Source of the DNA: Alphaproteobacteria bacterium
GTDB lineage: Bacteria > Pseudomonadota > Alphaproteobacteria > Rickettsiales > SXRF01
Assembly (NCBI GenBank): GCA_020054105.1
Contig: JAGVLW010000107.1
Coordinates: 4,645-68,644, forward strand
Direction: 5' to 3'
DNA: 64,000 nt
This document shows, piece by piece, positions 27,072 through 37,700 of this stretch. Numbering within the stretch: the first letter of the stretch is position 1; each line of letters begins with the position of its first letter. A model generated the notes under the pieces. That model was given only the letters and a program-made list of their open reading frames with translations. It was not told where the DNA came from and did no database searches. The translations under genes were made by a program, and so were the position numbers.

Positions 27072-27326
27072 TCAGGCCGTCTCGACCAATAACGTACAAC
27101 GCTCGGGCACGATCTCGGCGACGCCGCCGGAGATCGCAAATTCGCGCTTCTCGCCGTTTTCCAGCTCGACGCCGACGATGCCAGGCTGGAGCATGGCTAC
27201 CGTCGGCGCGTGTCCCGTCAGCACGCCGAACTCGCCTTCGGCGCCGGGAATCTGGACATAGGCCGCTTCGCCTTCGAAGAGGATTTTTTCGGGAGTGATT
27301 ATTTGGGTAGTGATACTATTCGTCAT
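27072..27326 (-). CDS. atpC: F1 ATP synthase epsilon subunit, N-terminal beta-sandwich domain only (84 aa)
   Basis: ITPEKILFEGEAAYVQIPGAEGEFGVLTGHAP...ISGGVAEIVPERCTLLVETA matches the epsilon N-terminal domain. The start is moved to ATG 27326. The stop falls where the C-terminal helical hairpin normally begins. Confidence 0.8.
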   Translation of the reverse strand: MTNSITTQIITPEKILFEGEAAYVQIPGAEGEFGVLTGHAPTVAMLQPGIVGVELENGEKREFAISGGVAEIVPERCTLLVETA

Positions 27327-27328
27327 AA

Positions 27329-27406
27329 TGCCTCGTAATCGTGCCTTGTGCCTAGTGCCTTGTGCTTCGTATTTCGAGGCACGAGACACGAAACACTAGG
27401 CACTCG
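27329..27406. repeat. Family B-related heptamer inverted array (B3), fills the atpD/atpC intercistronic gap
   Basis: The left array is GTGCCTT GTGCCTA GTGCCTT GTGCTTC GTATTTC. The right array is GAGGCAC GAGACAC GAAACAC TAGGCAC. There is a perfect 10-bp pairing, GTGCCTAGTG/CACTAGGCAC. Confidence 0.85.
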
Positions 27407-27407
27407 C

Positions 27408-28856
<1,449 letters not shown>

Positions 28857-28957
28857 CTATGGAGGCGTTTTCTCTACAATAGCACCGCCCGCCTGTCAAT
28901 GCAGGAAGCAGCCTTCGTGTAAAGGCGGATTATTCGGGAGCCAAAGCGGGATATGGA

Positions 28958-29989
28958 CTAGAAACGCCGGCCGCCAAAGCCGCCATCGCCAGGGTAGCGC
29001 CTTCGATAGCCGGCATGAGGAGTGTCCCGCTTGGTTTTGTCATCGCGCATCCGCTGGCTATAATAAGCCATGTCAACGCTGGCGACCTCTTCAGTGCCGG
29101 TGCTGATGGCTTTTTCCCAATGGCCCATCAACCGCCCTTCCCATAATGGCCCAAGCAGGCGCTCCAGGGTGGAATATTTGAATTCCTTCCGGCCCTTGCT
29201 GTCTTTGACGTCGTTTAAATCCGCGTCCTTGGCTCTTTGCAGATTATAAATATCATCATGGTTCGGTGGGAAATCGGCCACATGCTCCATGAGCCGGGCC
29301 TTGGACAGGTAATAGCGGCGCTCGCCGCCGCCCGGCTGCTCGTCATAGGCGCACACCAAATAGCCCAGCCTGTGGCTAAAAGAGAAGCCTCTCCCACGGG
29401 GAGGAGCATAAGGCTCTAATTGCTTCTCGGTAAGGCGATAGGCGATTTGTCCCGCCATGCCCGGCACGTCTCTTACGACTGCCGCGTTTTTTATGAGCGC
29501 CTCCAGATCGGAGCGATCAAGCGACGGGCGGATGGCGGCCATCTCCGGCATGGGCTGTATGGCCCCCGGCTCAAGCGCATCGAGCCGTTCCCACAGCCTG
29601 GCTTCCGAAAGATAAAAACGGCGGGGGTGAGGTGAGGTGCGCAGATGTATCTCGTCCCATTTGGCGCCCGGCCGATCCCAGCCGACGATTGAATTACCCA
29701 GCGCTATCTCTTCGGGGGTAAACATCGTATCTCTCGGGATAGGCTTGCTGGCCGCAGCCGACTCTTCGACCAGCTTGCGAATATCCGCCTCATCCACGCG
29801 TATGATGGCATCGCCCTCGGCAGTCCGAGGACGATGACCGGGGAAATTATCAATGAGCAAGGCGAGGGGAGGCTCATTGAATAATATTTTCTCCAGCTGT
29901 TTATGGCCGAGCGCCGGCGGCACCATATCTAAATAAGCGGCGCGGCATTCTTGCAAATGTTTCAATTCTGCTTCGCTGAGTTTTGCCAT
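28958..29989 (-). CDS. hypothetical protein inserted between atpG and atpD (internal duplication)
   Basis: 343-aa ORF with AT-rich flanking spacers. It has two related modules (PRRFYLSEARLWERLDAL and ERRYYLSKARLMEHVADF) and an Arg/Gly-rich tail. No signal peptide and no motif I recognise. Confidence 0.55.
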   Translation of the reverse strand: MAKLSEAELKHLQECRAAYLDMVPPALGHKQLEKILFNEPPLALLIDNFPGHRPRTAEGDAIIRVDEADIRKLVEESAAASKPIPRDTMFTPEEIALGNSIVGWDRPGAKWDEIHLRTSPHPRRFYLSEARLWERLDALEPGAIQPMPEMAAIRPSLDRSDLEALIKNAAVVRDVPGMAGQIAYRLTEKQLEPYAPPRGRGFSFSHRLGYLVCAYDEQPGGGERRYYLSKARLMEHVADFPPNHDDIYNLQRAKDADLNDVKDSKGRKEFKYSTLERLLGPLWEGRLMGHWEKAISTGTEEVASVDMAYYSQRMRDDKTKRDTPHAGYRRRYPGDGGFGGRRF

Positions 29990-30079
29990 ACCATCCCAAA
30001 AAAATTATGATCGATCGGCCCATTTTAGCCGAACGGGATAGAATTGCCAACATTTATTAAAAAATATTTATGATTGCGG

Positions 30080-31036
30080 TTAAACAGCCTCGGCGCCGGA
30101 GATAATCTCGATGAGTTCCTTGGTGATGCTGGCCTGGCGGGTGCGGTTATATTTCAGGTTCAGCTTCTTGATCATCTCGCCGGCATTGCGCGTGGCATTG
30201 TCCATCGCGCTCATGCGCGCGCCTTGTTCGCTGGCCGCGTTTTCCAGCAGCGCGCGATAAATCTGCACGCCGAGATTACGCGGCAATAAATCGGCGAGGA
30301 TCTCGCCTTCTTCGGGTTCGTAGTCGTAGGGGATGTCGTTCGTCGCTCGTCGCTCGCCGCTCGCATTGCCGAGCGACGAATCGCTAGCGACGAGCAGCGG
30401 AATTAATTGCTGCCAGGTCACCACCTGCGAGATGGCGGATTTGAACGTGTTATAGACGATATGGGCGACGTCGAACTCGCCGGCGGCGAATTTTTCGGCG
30501 ACAAGCGTCGAGATGGCCTGCGCGTCGCCGTAGCCAATCTTCTTTTTGGCAAGCTCGGATTTATGGACGATGAGCTTGGAAAATTCGAGCTGTAGCTGCT
30601 CGGCGCCCTTGCGGCCGACGCACATCAGCTTCACCGTTTTTCCCTGCACCTGCAGCTCGCGGATCTTGCGGCGCGCCGCGCGCACGATCGAGCTGTTGAA
30701 ACCGCCGCACAGGCCGCGGTCGCCGGTCGCGACAATGACCAGATGCGTGTTGTTTTTGCCAGTGCCGGAAAGAAGAGGATGGGAAGAATTGAGGAATTGA
30801 GGAATTGAAGAATCGCCTTTTTCTTCAGTTCCCCAATTCTTCATTTCTTCATTTCGCTGGGAAGCAGCTAAGCTTACCAGCAACCGCTCCATCGCCACGG
30901 AATAAGGACGCGCCGCCTCGGCGGCTTCCTTGGCCCGGCGCAGTTTCGCCGCCGCCACCATCTTCATCGCCTTGGTGATCTTCTGCGTCGATTTGACCGA
31001 CTTGATGCGGTTTTTAAGGTCTTTTAAGCTGGGCAT
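30080..31036 (-). CDS. atpG: F1 ATP synthase gamma subunit
   Basis: [35 protein letters not shown] at the N-terminus and [21 protein letters not shown] at the C-terminus. Two repeat-encoded segments (A5, D5) make it about 25 residues longer than usual. Confidence 0.92.
   Translation of the reverse strand: MPSLKDLKNRIKSVKSTQKITKAMKMVAAAKLRRAKEAAEAARPYSVAMERLLVSLAASQRNEEMKNWGTEEKGDSSIPQFLNSSHPLLSGTGKNNTHLVIVATGDRGLCGGFNSSIVRAARRKIRELQVQGKTVKLMCVGRKGAEQLQLEFSKLIVHKSELAKKKIGYGDAQAISTLVAEKFAAGEFDVAHIVYNTFKSAISQVVTWQQLIPLLVASDSSLGNASGERRATNDIPYDYEPEEGEILADLLPRNLGVQIYRALLENAASEQGARMSAMDNATRNAGEMIKKLNLKYNRTRQASITKELIEIISGAEAV
30336..30395. repeat. heptamer inverted array CGTCGCT type (D5), in frame in atpG
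   Basis: GTCGTTCGTCGCTCGTCGCTCGCCGCTCGC - ATTGCC - GAGCGACGAATCGCTAGCGACGAGC, encoding [21 protein letters not shown]. Confidence 0.85.
30775..30856. repeat. Family A octamer inverted array (A5), in frame in atpG
   Basis: GAAGAATTGAGGAATTGAGGAATTGAAGAAT - CGCCTTTT - TCTTCAGTTCCCCAATTCTTCATTTCTTCATTTC, encoding [24 protein letters not shown]. Confidence 0.9.
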
Positions 31037-31474
31037 TTATTGTTCCGACACCACTTTCGAAGTTACGATATAAAAGACACCATCTTTTTGCCCGATGAGG
31101 GCTGTCATGCTGTTTGCTTGAGCTTTTTCATTTGTTTTTGCAAAAGAGACTTTCATACTATTTATCGGCGTAAGGGTCAGGGCATACGTCTTCCCATTGT
31201 ATGAAAAAGGCTGTGTCGAAGCTGGATCTACCGGCTGAAATTCTATGCTTGCAACCGGGAGTGACATAAAATCACACATCTGGGTTTTTACTAGGGCCAG
31301 ATGTTCGGCGCTCACACCTTCCGTGTAGACAAGCGAGAGGATGCCGTCGCAATTGTTCTGTTCACGAAATTGGCGATAGGAAGCCGCTAATTCCTCCTGA
31401 GTCTTAGGGGCTGCCTGAGCCGCCGCCGGCATGGCCATGACCAGGATGGCGATCACATAAAATAATTTCTGCAT
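31037..31474 (-). CDS. hypothetical secreted protein inserted between atpA and atpG
   Basis: 145-aa ORF with a Sec signal peptide (MQKLFYVIAILVMAMPAAAQA/AP). It is AT-richer than its flanks. It starts 3 nt after the atpA stop, and its own stop abuts the atpG ATG. Confidence 0.6.
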   Translation of the reverse strand: MQKLFYVIAILVMAMPAAAQAAPKTQEELAASYRQFREQNNCDGILSLVYTEGVSAEHLALVKTQMCDFMSLPVASIEFQPVDPASTQPFSYNGKTYALTLTPINSMKVSFAKTNEKAQANSMTALIGQKDGVFYIVTSKVVSEQ

Positions 31475-31477
31475 AAT

Positions 31478-33004
31478 CTACCCGAACCTCTTCACCAGCG
31501 TTTCGATCATCGCCTTGAGCTTGGCCTCGTCGGTGTCGGTGAGCACGGATTTGGCGGTGATTTCGGCGATCACATCCTTGTCGGCGCGCAGCTCCGTAAG
31601 CAGCGCCGTTTCGAATTTTCCGACATCTTTGGTGCCAATCTTATCGAGATAGCCCTTCACGCCGGCGTAAATCACGCAGACCTGCTCGGCGGTCGAAAGC
31701 GGCGAATATTGCGGCTGCTTGAGCAGCTCGGTCAGGCGCGCGCCGCGGGCGAGCAGCTTTTGCGTCGCCGCGTCGAGGTCGCTTCCGAACTGCGCGAACG
31801 CTTCCATTTCGCGGTATTGCGCGAGCTCGAGCTTGATCGAGCCTGCGACTTGTTTCATCGCCTTGATCTGCGCCGCCGAACCTACGCGCGACACGGAAAG
31901 ACCCACGTTTACCGCCGGGCGCACGCCCTTATAGAAAAGTTCGGTTTCCAAAAATATCTGGCCGTCGGTGATCGAGATCACGTTGGTGGGAATATAGGCC
32001 GACACGTCGCCCGCCTGGGTCTCGATGACCGGCAGCGCCGTCATCGACCCGGCGCCTTGCGCGTCGGACATTTTGGCGGCGCGCTCGAGCAGGCGCGAAT
32101 GGATGTAAAATACGTCGCCGGGATAGGCTTCGCGTCCGGGCGGGCGGCGCAGCAGCAACGACATCTGGCGGTAAGCGACCGCCTGTTTGGAAAGATCGTC
32201 GTAAATGATGAGTGCATGCATGCCGTTATCGCGGAAGAATTCGCCCATGGTCGCGCCCGTATATGGCGCCAGGAATTGCAGCGGCGCCGGTTCCGACGCG
32301 GTGGCGGCGACGACGATAGTATATTGCAGCGCGCCGGCCTCTTCGAGTTTCTTGACGACTTGCGCGACCGTCGAGCGTTTCTGGCCGATGCAGACATAGA
32401 TGCAATAAAGTTTTTTGCTTTCGTCGCTGCCGGCATTGATCGCCTTTTGATTTAAAATCGCGTCGATGGCGATCGCAGTTTTGCCGGTCTGGCGGTCGCC
32501 GATGATGAGCTCGCGCTGGCCGCGGCCGATGGGGATGAGCGCGTCGATGGCCTTGATGCCGGTCGACATCGGCTCATGCACGGATTTGCGCGCGATGATG
32601 CCCGGCGCCTTCACTTCCACGCGCGAACGTTTGACGTCTTTGAGCGGCCCTTTGCCGTCGATGGGATTGCCCAGCCCGTCGACCACGCGGCCAAGCAAAC
32701 CTTTGCCGATGGGGCAGTCCATGATGGTGTTGGTGCGCTTTACCGTGTCGCCTTCTTTGACTGAGCGGTCGTCGCCGAAAATCACCACGCCGACATTGTC
32801 GGCAGCCAGATTGAGCGCCATGCCTTTCATCCCGCCGGCAAATTCGACCATCTCACCGGCCTGGATGTTTTCCAGCCCGTAGACGGTGGCGATACCGTCG
32901 CCCACCGCCACTACCTGACCGGTTTCCGAAAGCTCGGCATCGGCGGCGAAATTAGCGATCTGTTTTTTCAGAATGTCTGAAATTTCCGAAGGGCGGATGT
33001 CCAT
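31478..33004 (-). CDS. atpA: F1 ATP synthase alpha subunit
   Basis: GDRQTGKT Walker A and full-length alpha sequence. Confidence 0.97.
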   Translation of the reverse strand: MDIRPSEISDILKKQIANFAADAELSETGQVVAVGDGIATVYGLENIQAGEMVEFAGGMKGMALNLAADNVGVVIFGDDRSVKEGDTVKRTNTIMDCPIGKGLLGRVVDGLGNPIDGKGPLKDVKRSRVEVKAPGIIARKSVHEPMSTGIKAIDALIPIGRGQRELIIGDRQTGKTAIAIDAILNQKAINAGSDESKKLYCIYVCIGQKRSTVAQVVKKLEEAGALQYTIVVAATASEPAPLQFLAPYTGATMGEFFRDNGMHALIIYDDLSKQAVAYRQMSLLLRRPPGREAYPGDVFYIHSRLLERAAKMSDAQGAGSMTALPVIETQAGDVSAYIPTNVISITDGQIFLETELFYKGVRPAVNVGLSVSRVGSAAQIKAMKQVAGSIKLELAQYREMEAFAQFGSDLDAATQKLLARGARLTELLKQPQYSPLSTAEQVCVIYAGVKGYLDKIGTKDVGKFETALLTELRADKDVIAEITAKSVLTDTDEAKLKAMIETLVKRFG

Positions 33005-33027
33005 TTTAGTCTTTCTCCTTATTGTAA

Positions 33028-33114
33028 GAGGAAATGAAGAATTGAGGAATTGAAGATAATGAGGAAACGCTAACTTAAATTCCTCAATTCCTCAGTTCTT
33101 CATTTCCTCAATTC
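33028..33114. repeat. Family A octamer inverted array (A6), in the atpH/atpA spacer
   Basis: GAGGAAATGAAGAATTGAGGAATTGAAGATAATGAGGAAA - CGCTAACTTA - AATTCCTCAATTCCTCAGTTCTTCATTTCCTCAATTC. Confidence 0.9.
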
Positions 33115-33152
33115 ATCTATGCCGTTTTCAATTTCTGTCCCAATCTTTCGAG

Positions 33153-33668
33153 CTACCCGGCCAGCGAGCCGTCGAGCTGCTGGCTGCCGATGTTTATGAC
33201 GACGCCGCCGAGCAGGCTGGCATCCTGGCGCGTACTCAGCGCGATTTTCTTGCCGTAGAGCTTGCCGAGCTTGGCGGCAACCAGCGCGGCTTCGCTTTCG
33301 GCGGGCTTGCCGGCGGTGACCATCTCGGCTTTCATTTCGCCGCGTTCATGCGCCGCCATGTCGGAAAACAACTCCGCAGCTTCGGCCACCAGGGCAAGGC
33401 GCTTCTTGAGGGCGAGCAATGCGATAAAACGCGTGGTCAGCGGATGCGCGCCGAGGGTCTTGAGCAATTTTTCTATCGCTTCTTTCTGCTCTTCGCGGCT
33501 AATCACCGGGCTCATGGCCAGATCGTGCAGCTCCTCGCTATGCGCCATCATTTCGGCAAAGCTGCGCAAATCGCTTTCGATCACGGCGACGATTTTTTGT
33601 TCGCCGGCAATGTCAAACAACGCCTTCACATAGCGCTGGGCAATCTGTCTGGAACCGGAATTTTTCAT
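33153..33668 (-). CDS. atpH: F1 ATP synthase delta (OSCP) subunit
   Basis: IAQRYVKALFDIA at the N-terminus and LLGGVVINIGSQQLDGSLAG at the C-terminus are typical OSCP. The start is moved to ATG 33668. Confidence 0.85.
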   Translation of the reverse strand: MKNSGSRQIAQRYVKALFDIAGEQKIVAVIESDLRSFAEMMAHSEELHDLAMSPVISREEQKEAIEKLLKTLGAHPLTTRFIALLALKKRLALVAEAAELFSDMAAHERGEMKAEMVTAGKPAESEAALVAAKLGKLYGKKIALSTRQDASLLGGVVINIGSQQLDGSLAG

Positions 33669-33818
33669 GGGTTTGCGGCAGGGGTTGGTTCGGGGAGTCG
33701 GCAAATTAGGCAAATTTCCCCGCAAAGGCAATGGGAAAATAAGGGGACGGGATTCGGCGTGACAATGGTTTCCTTGCCTGCTATCAGTTAATTCATATTA
33801 ACTATACGGTAGGGGCAC

Positions 33819-34478
33819 ATGCCGGAAGCTTACGTCACCGAAGAGTCACTTTCCCCAGCCGAAAGGGAAGCCTGGAATTATTGCGGCCGGGCTTGTGAAC
33901 AGATAAAGAGCGCGCGTTCATGGCTGATCGACCATCTCTCCTCCATTGGAATCAATGTGGAGGAACGCTGGCAAAAAATATTGGCTAAGTCGGACGATCC
34001 TGAACGACTAATCATGCTAACCAAAATAATGCGGGGGATGGAACCGTTCACCGTTTATTCCGAAATGATCGATGAGGGCCATGCGCTTTGCGCCCATGTG
34101 CAAAAACTGGATGATATAGCAACTAACGCACTGCGTACTTTGGCTACCAATAGCTATGAAAATCCCTTCATCGCCATGAACGCGAACGTGCCGGACAAAG
34201 TGCATGAATTCTTGAGAGTATGCTCTCTTTACCTCACTGGCCAGTATCTTGCATCCACCCATGGGTTTGACGCCAACCCCAGACGCGCGGTCATCGACGC
34301 AGCACTGAAAATATTACGCAAATGCAAGGAAGATTTCGCCGCCGAACTGCCGGAAAATACGCCTATGCAAGTAGGCGAGAAAATAAAAGCGGCGGCACGC
34401 GCCATCGATAAGGCGATCGCGTCCATGGAACAGGTAAGCGCCGAGCCTGAAAAACCGGCGCGTCGAGAGCGCGTGTAA
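33819..34478 (+). CDS. hypothetical protein (orphan)
   Basis: 219-aa ORF of intermediate GC. I recognise no motif. Confidence 0.45.
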   Translation: MPEAYVTEESLSPAEREAWNYCGRACEQIKSARSWLIDHLSSIGINVEERWQKILAKSDDPERLIMLTKIMRGMEPFTVYSEMIDEGHALCAHVQKLDDIATNALRTLATNSYENPFIAMNANVPDKVHEFLRVCSLYLTGQYLASTHGFDANPRRAVIDAALKILRKCKEDFAAELPENTPMQVGEKIKAAARAIDKAIASMEQVSAEPEKPARRERV

Positions 34479-34481
34479 ATC

Positions 34482-34832
34482 CTACCGGCTTGGAACTGAC
34501 GTGCCAGCTCCGGGGTCTTTCTCAGGAGGATCGCCAAAAAGCTGAGAAGCCAGCGCCGCATCCCGAATGGCCAGAGATTCACGCACGCGAGCAATCTCAT
34601 CCTGATCCAGAAGCCTGTATCTATCAGGGTCGGTTATGTCGATGCTTTTAGGGGTAAATCCTTCATGGCAGAGCGAATAACTCTCACTTTTTCTTCTGAT
34701 ATCAGCCGCCAGCTCGTAAACCGATCCCGTGACGGAAATGCATTGGACATCAGGCAAAAAAATTACAAAACTACTATCAAATATAGTTTCCCCAGCTTGC
34801 CTTACCAAATATGCCTTGGGTTTCTCGGTCAT
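34482..34832 (-). CDS. hypothetical protein (orphan)
   Basis: 116-aa ORF convergent with the previous ORF, with stops 3 nt apart, and immediately upstream of priA on the same strand. I recognise no motif. Confidence 0.4.
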   Translation of the reverse strand: MTEKPKAYLVRQAGETIFDSSFVIFLPDVQCISVTGSVYELAADIRRKSESYSLCHEGFTPKSIDITDPDRYRLLDQDEIARVRESLAIRDAALASQLFGDPPEKDPGAGTSVPSR

Positions 34833-34846
34833 AGATTTTGATTAGA

Positions 34847-36982
34847 CTACAAAAACCCCACCGGATCAATATCCACCTTCACGCGCACGGAGGAGGGGGC
34901 TTTGACCGATTCCACCCAGCCCTTGACGAAATCCGGCAGGTTGATGCTGCGCGCGGCCTTGACGAGCAGGCGGTAGCGGTATTTGCCGCGCAGGCGGTAC
35001 AGCGGGGCGGGGGCGGGGCCGAGGAGGGTGACGGGTGACAGGTGACGGGTGACGGATAAGCCCTCCCCCTTGAGGGGGGAGGGTTGGGAGGGGGTGTGAG
35101 GTGGTTGGGAGGGGGTGACAGTGAAATTGGCCGCTAACAATTTAGTCGTGCGTATTACCGCGTCTTCTTTGGTGCCTTCGATGATGACGGCGGCGAGGCG
35201 CGAGAAAGGCGGCATATGGGCGTTTTCGCGGGCCTGTAATTCGGCTTGCAGGAAGGCCTCGCGGTCGCCCGACAGCAGCGCCTGCATCACCGGATGCTCG
35301 GGCAGGTAGCTTTGCAGATAGACCCGCCCGCGCACGCTCTCGCGCCCGGCGCGGCCCGAAAGCTGGTGTAAAAGCTGGTAGGTTTTTTCCGCCGCGCGCA
35401 GATCGCCGCCGCCCAGTCCCAAATCGGCATCGACGACACCGACCACGGCAAGACCGGCAAAATGATGCCCCTTGGCGATCATCTGCGTGCCGATGAGCAG
35501 GTCGATATTTCCTTCCTGCATGCCGGTGATGGCGTCTTTGAGTTCCTGGTAGCCGGAAAGCTGGTCGCTGGCCATGACGGCTACGCGCGCCTGCGGCAAA
35601 AACTCATGCACCTCCTCGAGCACGCGCTCGACGCCGGGACCGCACGCATGCAAACTATCCGCCGCGCCGCAGGACGGACAGGCGGGAGGAACGGGCTGGG
35701 TGTAGCCGCAATGATGACATTCCAGCCGCGGCTTGCCTTTATGGGCGACCAGCCAACTCGAACACTCAGCACATTCGAAGCGGTGGCCGCAATGGCGGCA
35801 GAGCACTAGCGGCGCATAGCCGCGGCGGTTGAGAAACAACATCGCCTGGTGGTTAGAGGCAATAGTTTGCGCGAGCGCGGCGCGCAGCTTGTCGGAAATA
35901 AACTTTCCGCGCTCGGTCGGCGCGCTGCGCATATCGAGCATTTCCACCTCCGGCAATACTGCATGGTTATGACGCGCCGGCAGCGACACTTCCTTATATT
36001 TTCCGGTTTTGACATTGTGATAGCTCTCGAGCGACGGCGTGGCCGACACCAGCACCACCGGCAATTTCTCGAAACGCCCGCGCGCCACCGCCATGTCGCG
36101 CGCATGGTAGATCGTGCCTTCTTCTTGCTTGTAAGAACCATCATGCTCCTCATCGACGACAATCAGCGATAAATTCCTGTATGGTAAAAACAACGCCGAG
36201 CGAGCGCCGACCACCACGCGCGCATCGCCCTTGGTAATGGCCTGCCAGCCGGCGCGTTTCTGGGCGGGTGTTACTTGCGAATTCCATACCACCGGCGCGA
36301 AACCGAAACGCTTCTCGAAACGCTCCAGCCATTGGACGGAAAGAGCGATTTCGGGCAGGAGGACGAGGATTTGGGAAGGAGGGAATTGAGGAATTGAGGA
36401 ATTGAGGAATTGAGGAATGGGAGCATCTTTTTTCTTCAATTCTTCATTTCTCCAATTCTTCATTTCTGTGCGCTGCAAAGCGCAAGCCACCGCGTCGAAA
36501 TACACTTCCGTTTTACCCGAGCCGGTAACGCCGTCGAGCAGCGTCACCGAAAATCCCTTGCCGATAGGTTCTTCCAAGGCGCTCGCGGCTTTTCGCTGCG
36601 CGTCCGAGAGTTTTGCCAGATGCAGATGATCGGTATCGATAGCGGTTTCAATCGTCGTGCGGCCGGTCTTGGCGATATCGGCAACCGGCAGCACCATCTT
36701 GAGCACAGCGCCCAGGGGCGCGCAATTATACCACGCCGCCCAGGCGATGAATTCGCGCATCGCAATCGATAGCGGCGGGAATTCGCTGTGATGGATTTTA
36801 ATTGGCTTTATTTTTTCGGAAGCGATCTTGGCTTTGCCTTCGCCCCACACCACGCCCAGCGATTGCCCGCGGCCAAACGGTACCGAGACGATGTCGCCGG
36901 GCGCCAGCGTCATGGTCTCGGGCACGACATAATCGAAGCCGTGGTCGAACGCGCCGGGCAGCAGGACTTCCAGTTGTTTCAT
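34847..36982 (-). CDS. priA: primosomal replication restart helicase PriA
   Basis: [14 protein letters not shown] Walker A, DEEHD box, and a Cys-rich zinc region ([21 protein letters not shown]...CHHCGY...CPSCG). Carries repeats A7, C6 and E2 in frame. Confidence 0.9.
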   Translation of the reverse strand: MKQLEVLLPGAFDHGFDYVVPETMTLAPGDIVSVPFGRGQSLGVVWGEGKAKIASEKIKPIKIHHSEFPPLSIAMREFIAWAAWYNCAPLGAVLKMVLPVADIAKTGRTTIETAIDTDHLHLAKLSDAQRKAASALEEPIGKGFSVTLLDGVTGSGKTEVYFDAVACALQRTEMKNWRNEELKKKDAPIPQFLNSSIPQFPPSQILVLLPEIALSVQWLERFEKRFGFAPVVWNSQVTPAQKRAGWQAITKGDARVVVGARSALFLPYRNLSLIVVDEEHDGSYKQEEGTIYHARDMAVARGRFEKLPVVLVSATPSLESYHNVKTGKYKEVSLPARHNHAVLPEVEMLDMRSAPTERGKFISDKLRAALAQTIASNHQAMLFLNRRGYAPLVLCRHCGHRFECAECSSWLVAHKGKPRLECHHCGYTQPVPPACPSCGAADSLHACGPGVERVLEEVHEFLPQARVAVMASDQLSGYQELKDAITGMQEGNIDLLIGTQMIAKGHHFAGLAVVGVVDADLGLGGGDLRAAEKTYQLLHQLSGRAGRESVRGRVYLQSYLPEHPVMQALLSGDREAFLQAELQARENAHMPPFSRLAAVIIEGTKEDAVIRTTKLLAANFTVTPSQPPHTPSQPSPLKGEGLSVTRHLSPVTLLGPAPAPLYRLRGKYRYRLLVKAARSINLPDFVKGWVESVKAPSSVRVKVDIDPVGFL
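35027..35055. repeat. Family C heptamer array (C6), single arm, in frame in priA
   Basis: GGTGACG GGTGACA GGTGACG GGTGACG G, encoding [10 protein letters not shown] on the minus strand. Confidence 0.85.
35061..35118. repeat. Family E element (E2), in frame in priA, adjacent to C6
   Basis: CCCTCCCCCTTGAGGGGGGAGGGTTGGGAGGGGGTGTGAGGTGGTTGGGAGGGGGTGAC, encoding [18 protein letters not shown] on the minus strand. The plus-strand orientation matches E1. Confidence 0.85.
36374..36466. repeat. Family A octamer inverted array (A7), in frame in priA
   Basis: GGGAATTGAGGAATTGAGGAATTGAGGAATTGAGGAAT - GGGAGCATCTTTT - TTCTTCAATTCTTCATTTCTCCAATTCTTCATTTC, encoding [29 protein letters not shown]. Confidence 0.92.
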
Positions 36983-37043
36983 ATTGCCAATCGCTACGCA
37001 ATTATACTATCGTCCCTTATCCATAAACCATCGAGTGCGATTT

Positions 37044-37700
37044 ATGAAATTTTTTGTCGATACCGCCGATATTGCGGAGATTCGCGAGCTGGCCGCCACG
37101 GGCCTGCTCGACGGCGTCACCACCAACCCGACGCTGGTGGCCAAATCCGGCCGCGATTTTTTCGAGGTGCTGAAGGAAATCTGCGCCGTCGTCTCCGGGC
37201 CGGTCTCGGCGGAAGTCACCGCCACCGACGCGCCGGGCATGATTAAGGAGGGCGAAAAGCTCGCCAAGATCGCAAAGAACATCGCCATCAAAGTGCCGCT
37301 TACCTGGGACGGGCTCAAAGCCTGCAAATATTTCACTGACAAAGGCACGATGGTCAATGTCACGCTGTGTTTTTCCGCAGCACAGGCGTTGCTTGCCGCC
37401 AAGGCGGGGGCGACGTTCGTGTCGCCGTTCGTCGGCCGCCTCGACGATATCGGCCAGGACGGCATGCAGCTCATCGCCGACATCTGCAAGATCTACGCAC
37501 AGTACGATAATCTGCGCACGCAGGTGCTGGTCGCTTCGGTGCGAAATCCGGTACATGTCGTCGACGCCGCCAAAATGGGTGCGCATGTGGCAACCATCCC
37601 ACCTTCCGTGCTCAAGCAACTGGTGCAGCATCCGCTGACCGATAAGGGCCTGGCCGCCTTCCTCGCCGACTGGCAGAAAACCGGGCAGAAGATCGCATGA
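37044..37700 (+). CDS. tal: transaldolase type 3B / fructose-6-phosphate aldolase family
   Basis: [31 protein letters not shown] and the [11 protein letters not shown] Schiff-base region. The start is moved to ATG 37044. Confidence 0.9.
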   Translation: MKFFVDTADIAEIRELAATGLLDGVTTNPTLVAKSGRDFFEVLKEICAVVSGPVSAEVTATDAPGMIKEGEKLAKIAKNIAIKVPLTWDGLKACKYFTDKGTMVNVTLCFSAAQALLAAKAGATFVSPFVGRLDDIGQDGMQLIADICKIYAQYDNLRTQVLVASVRNPVHVVDAAKMGAHVATIPPSVLKQLVQHPLTDKGLAAFLADWQKTGQKIA

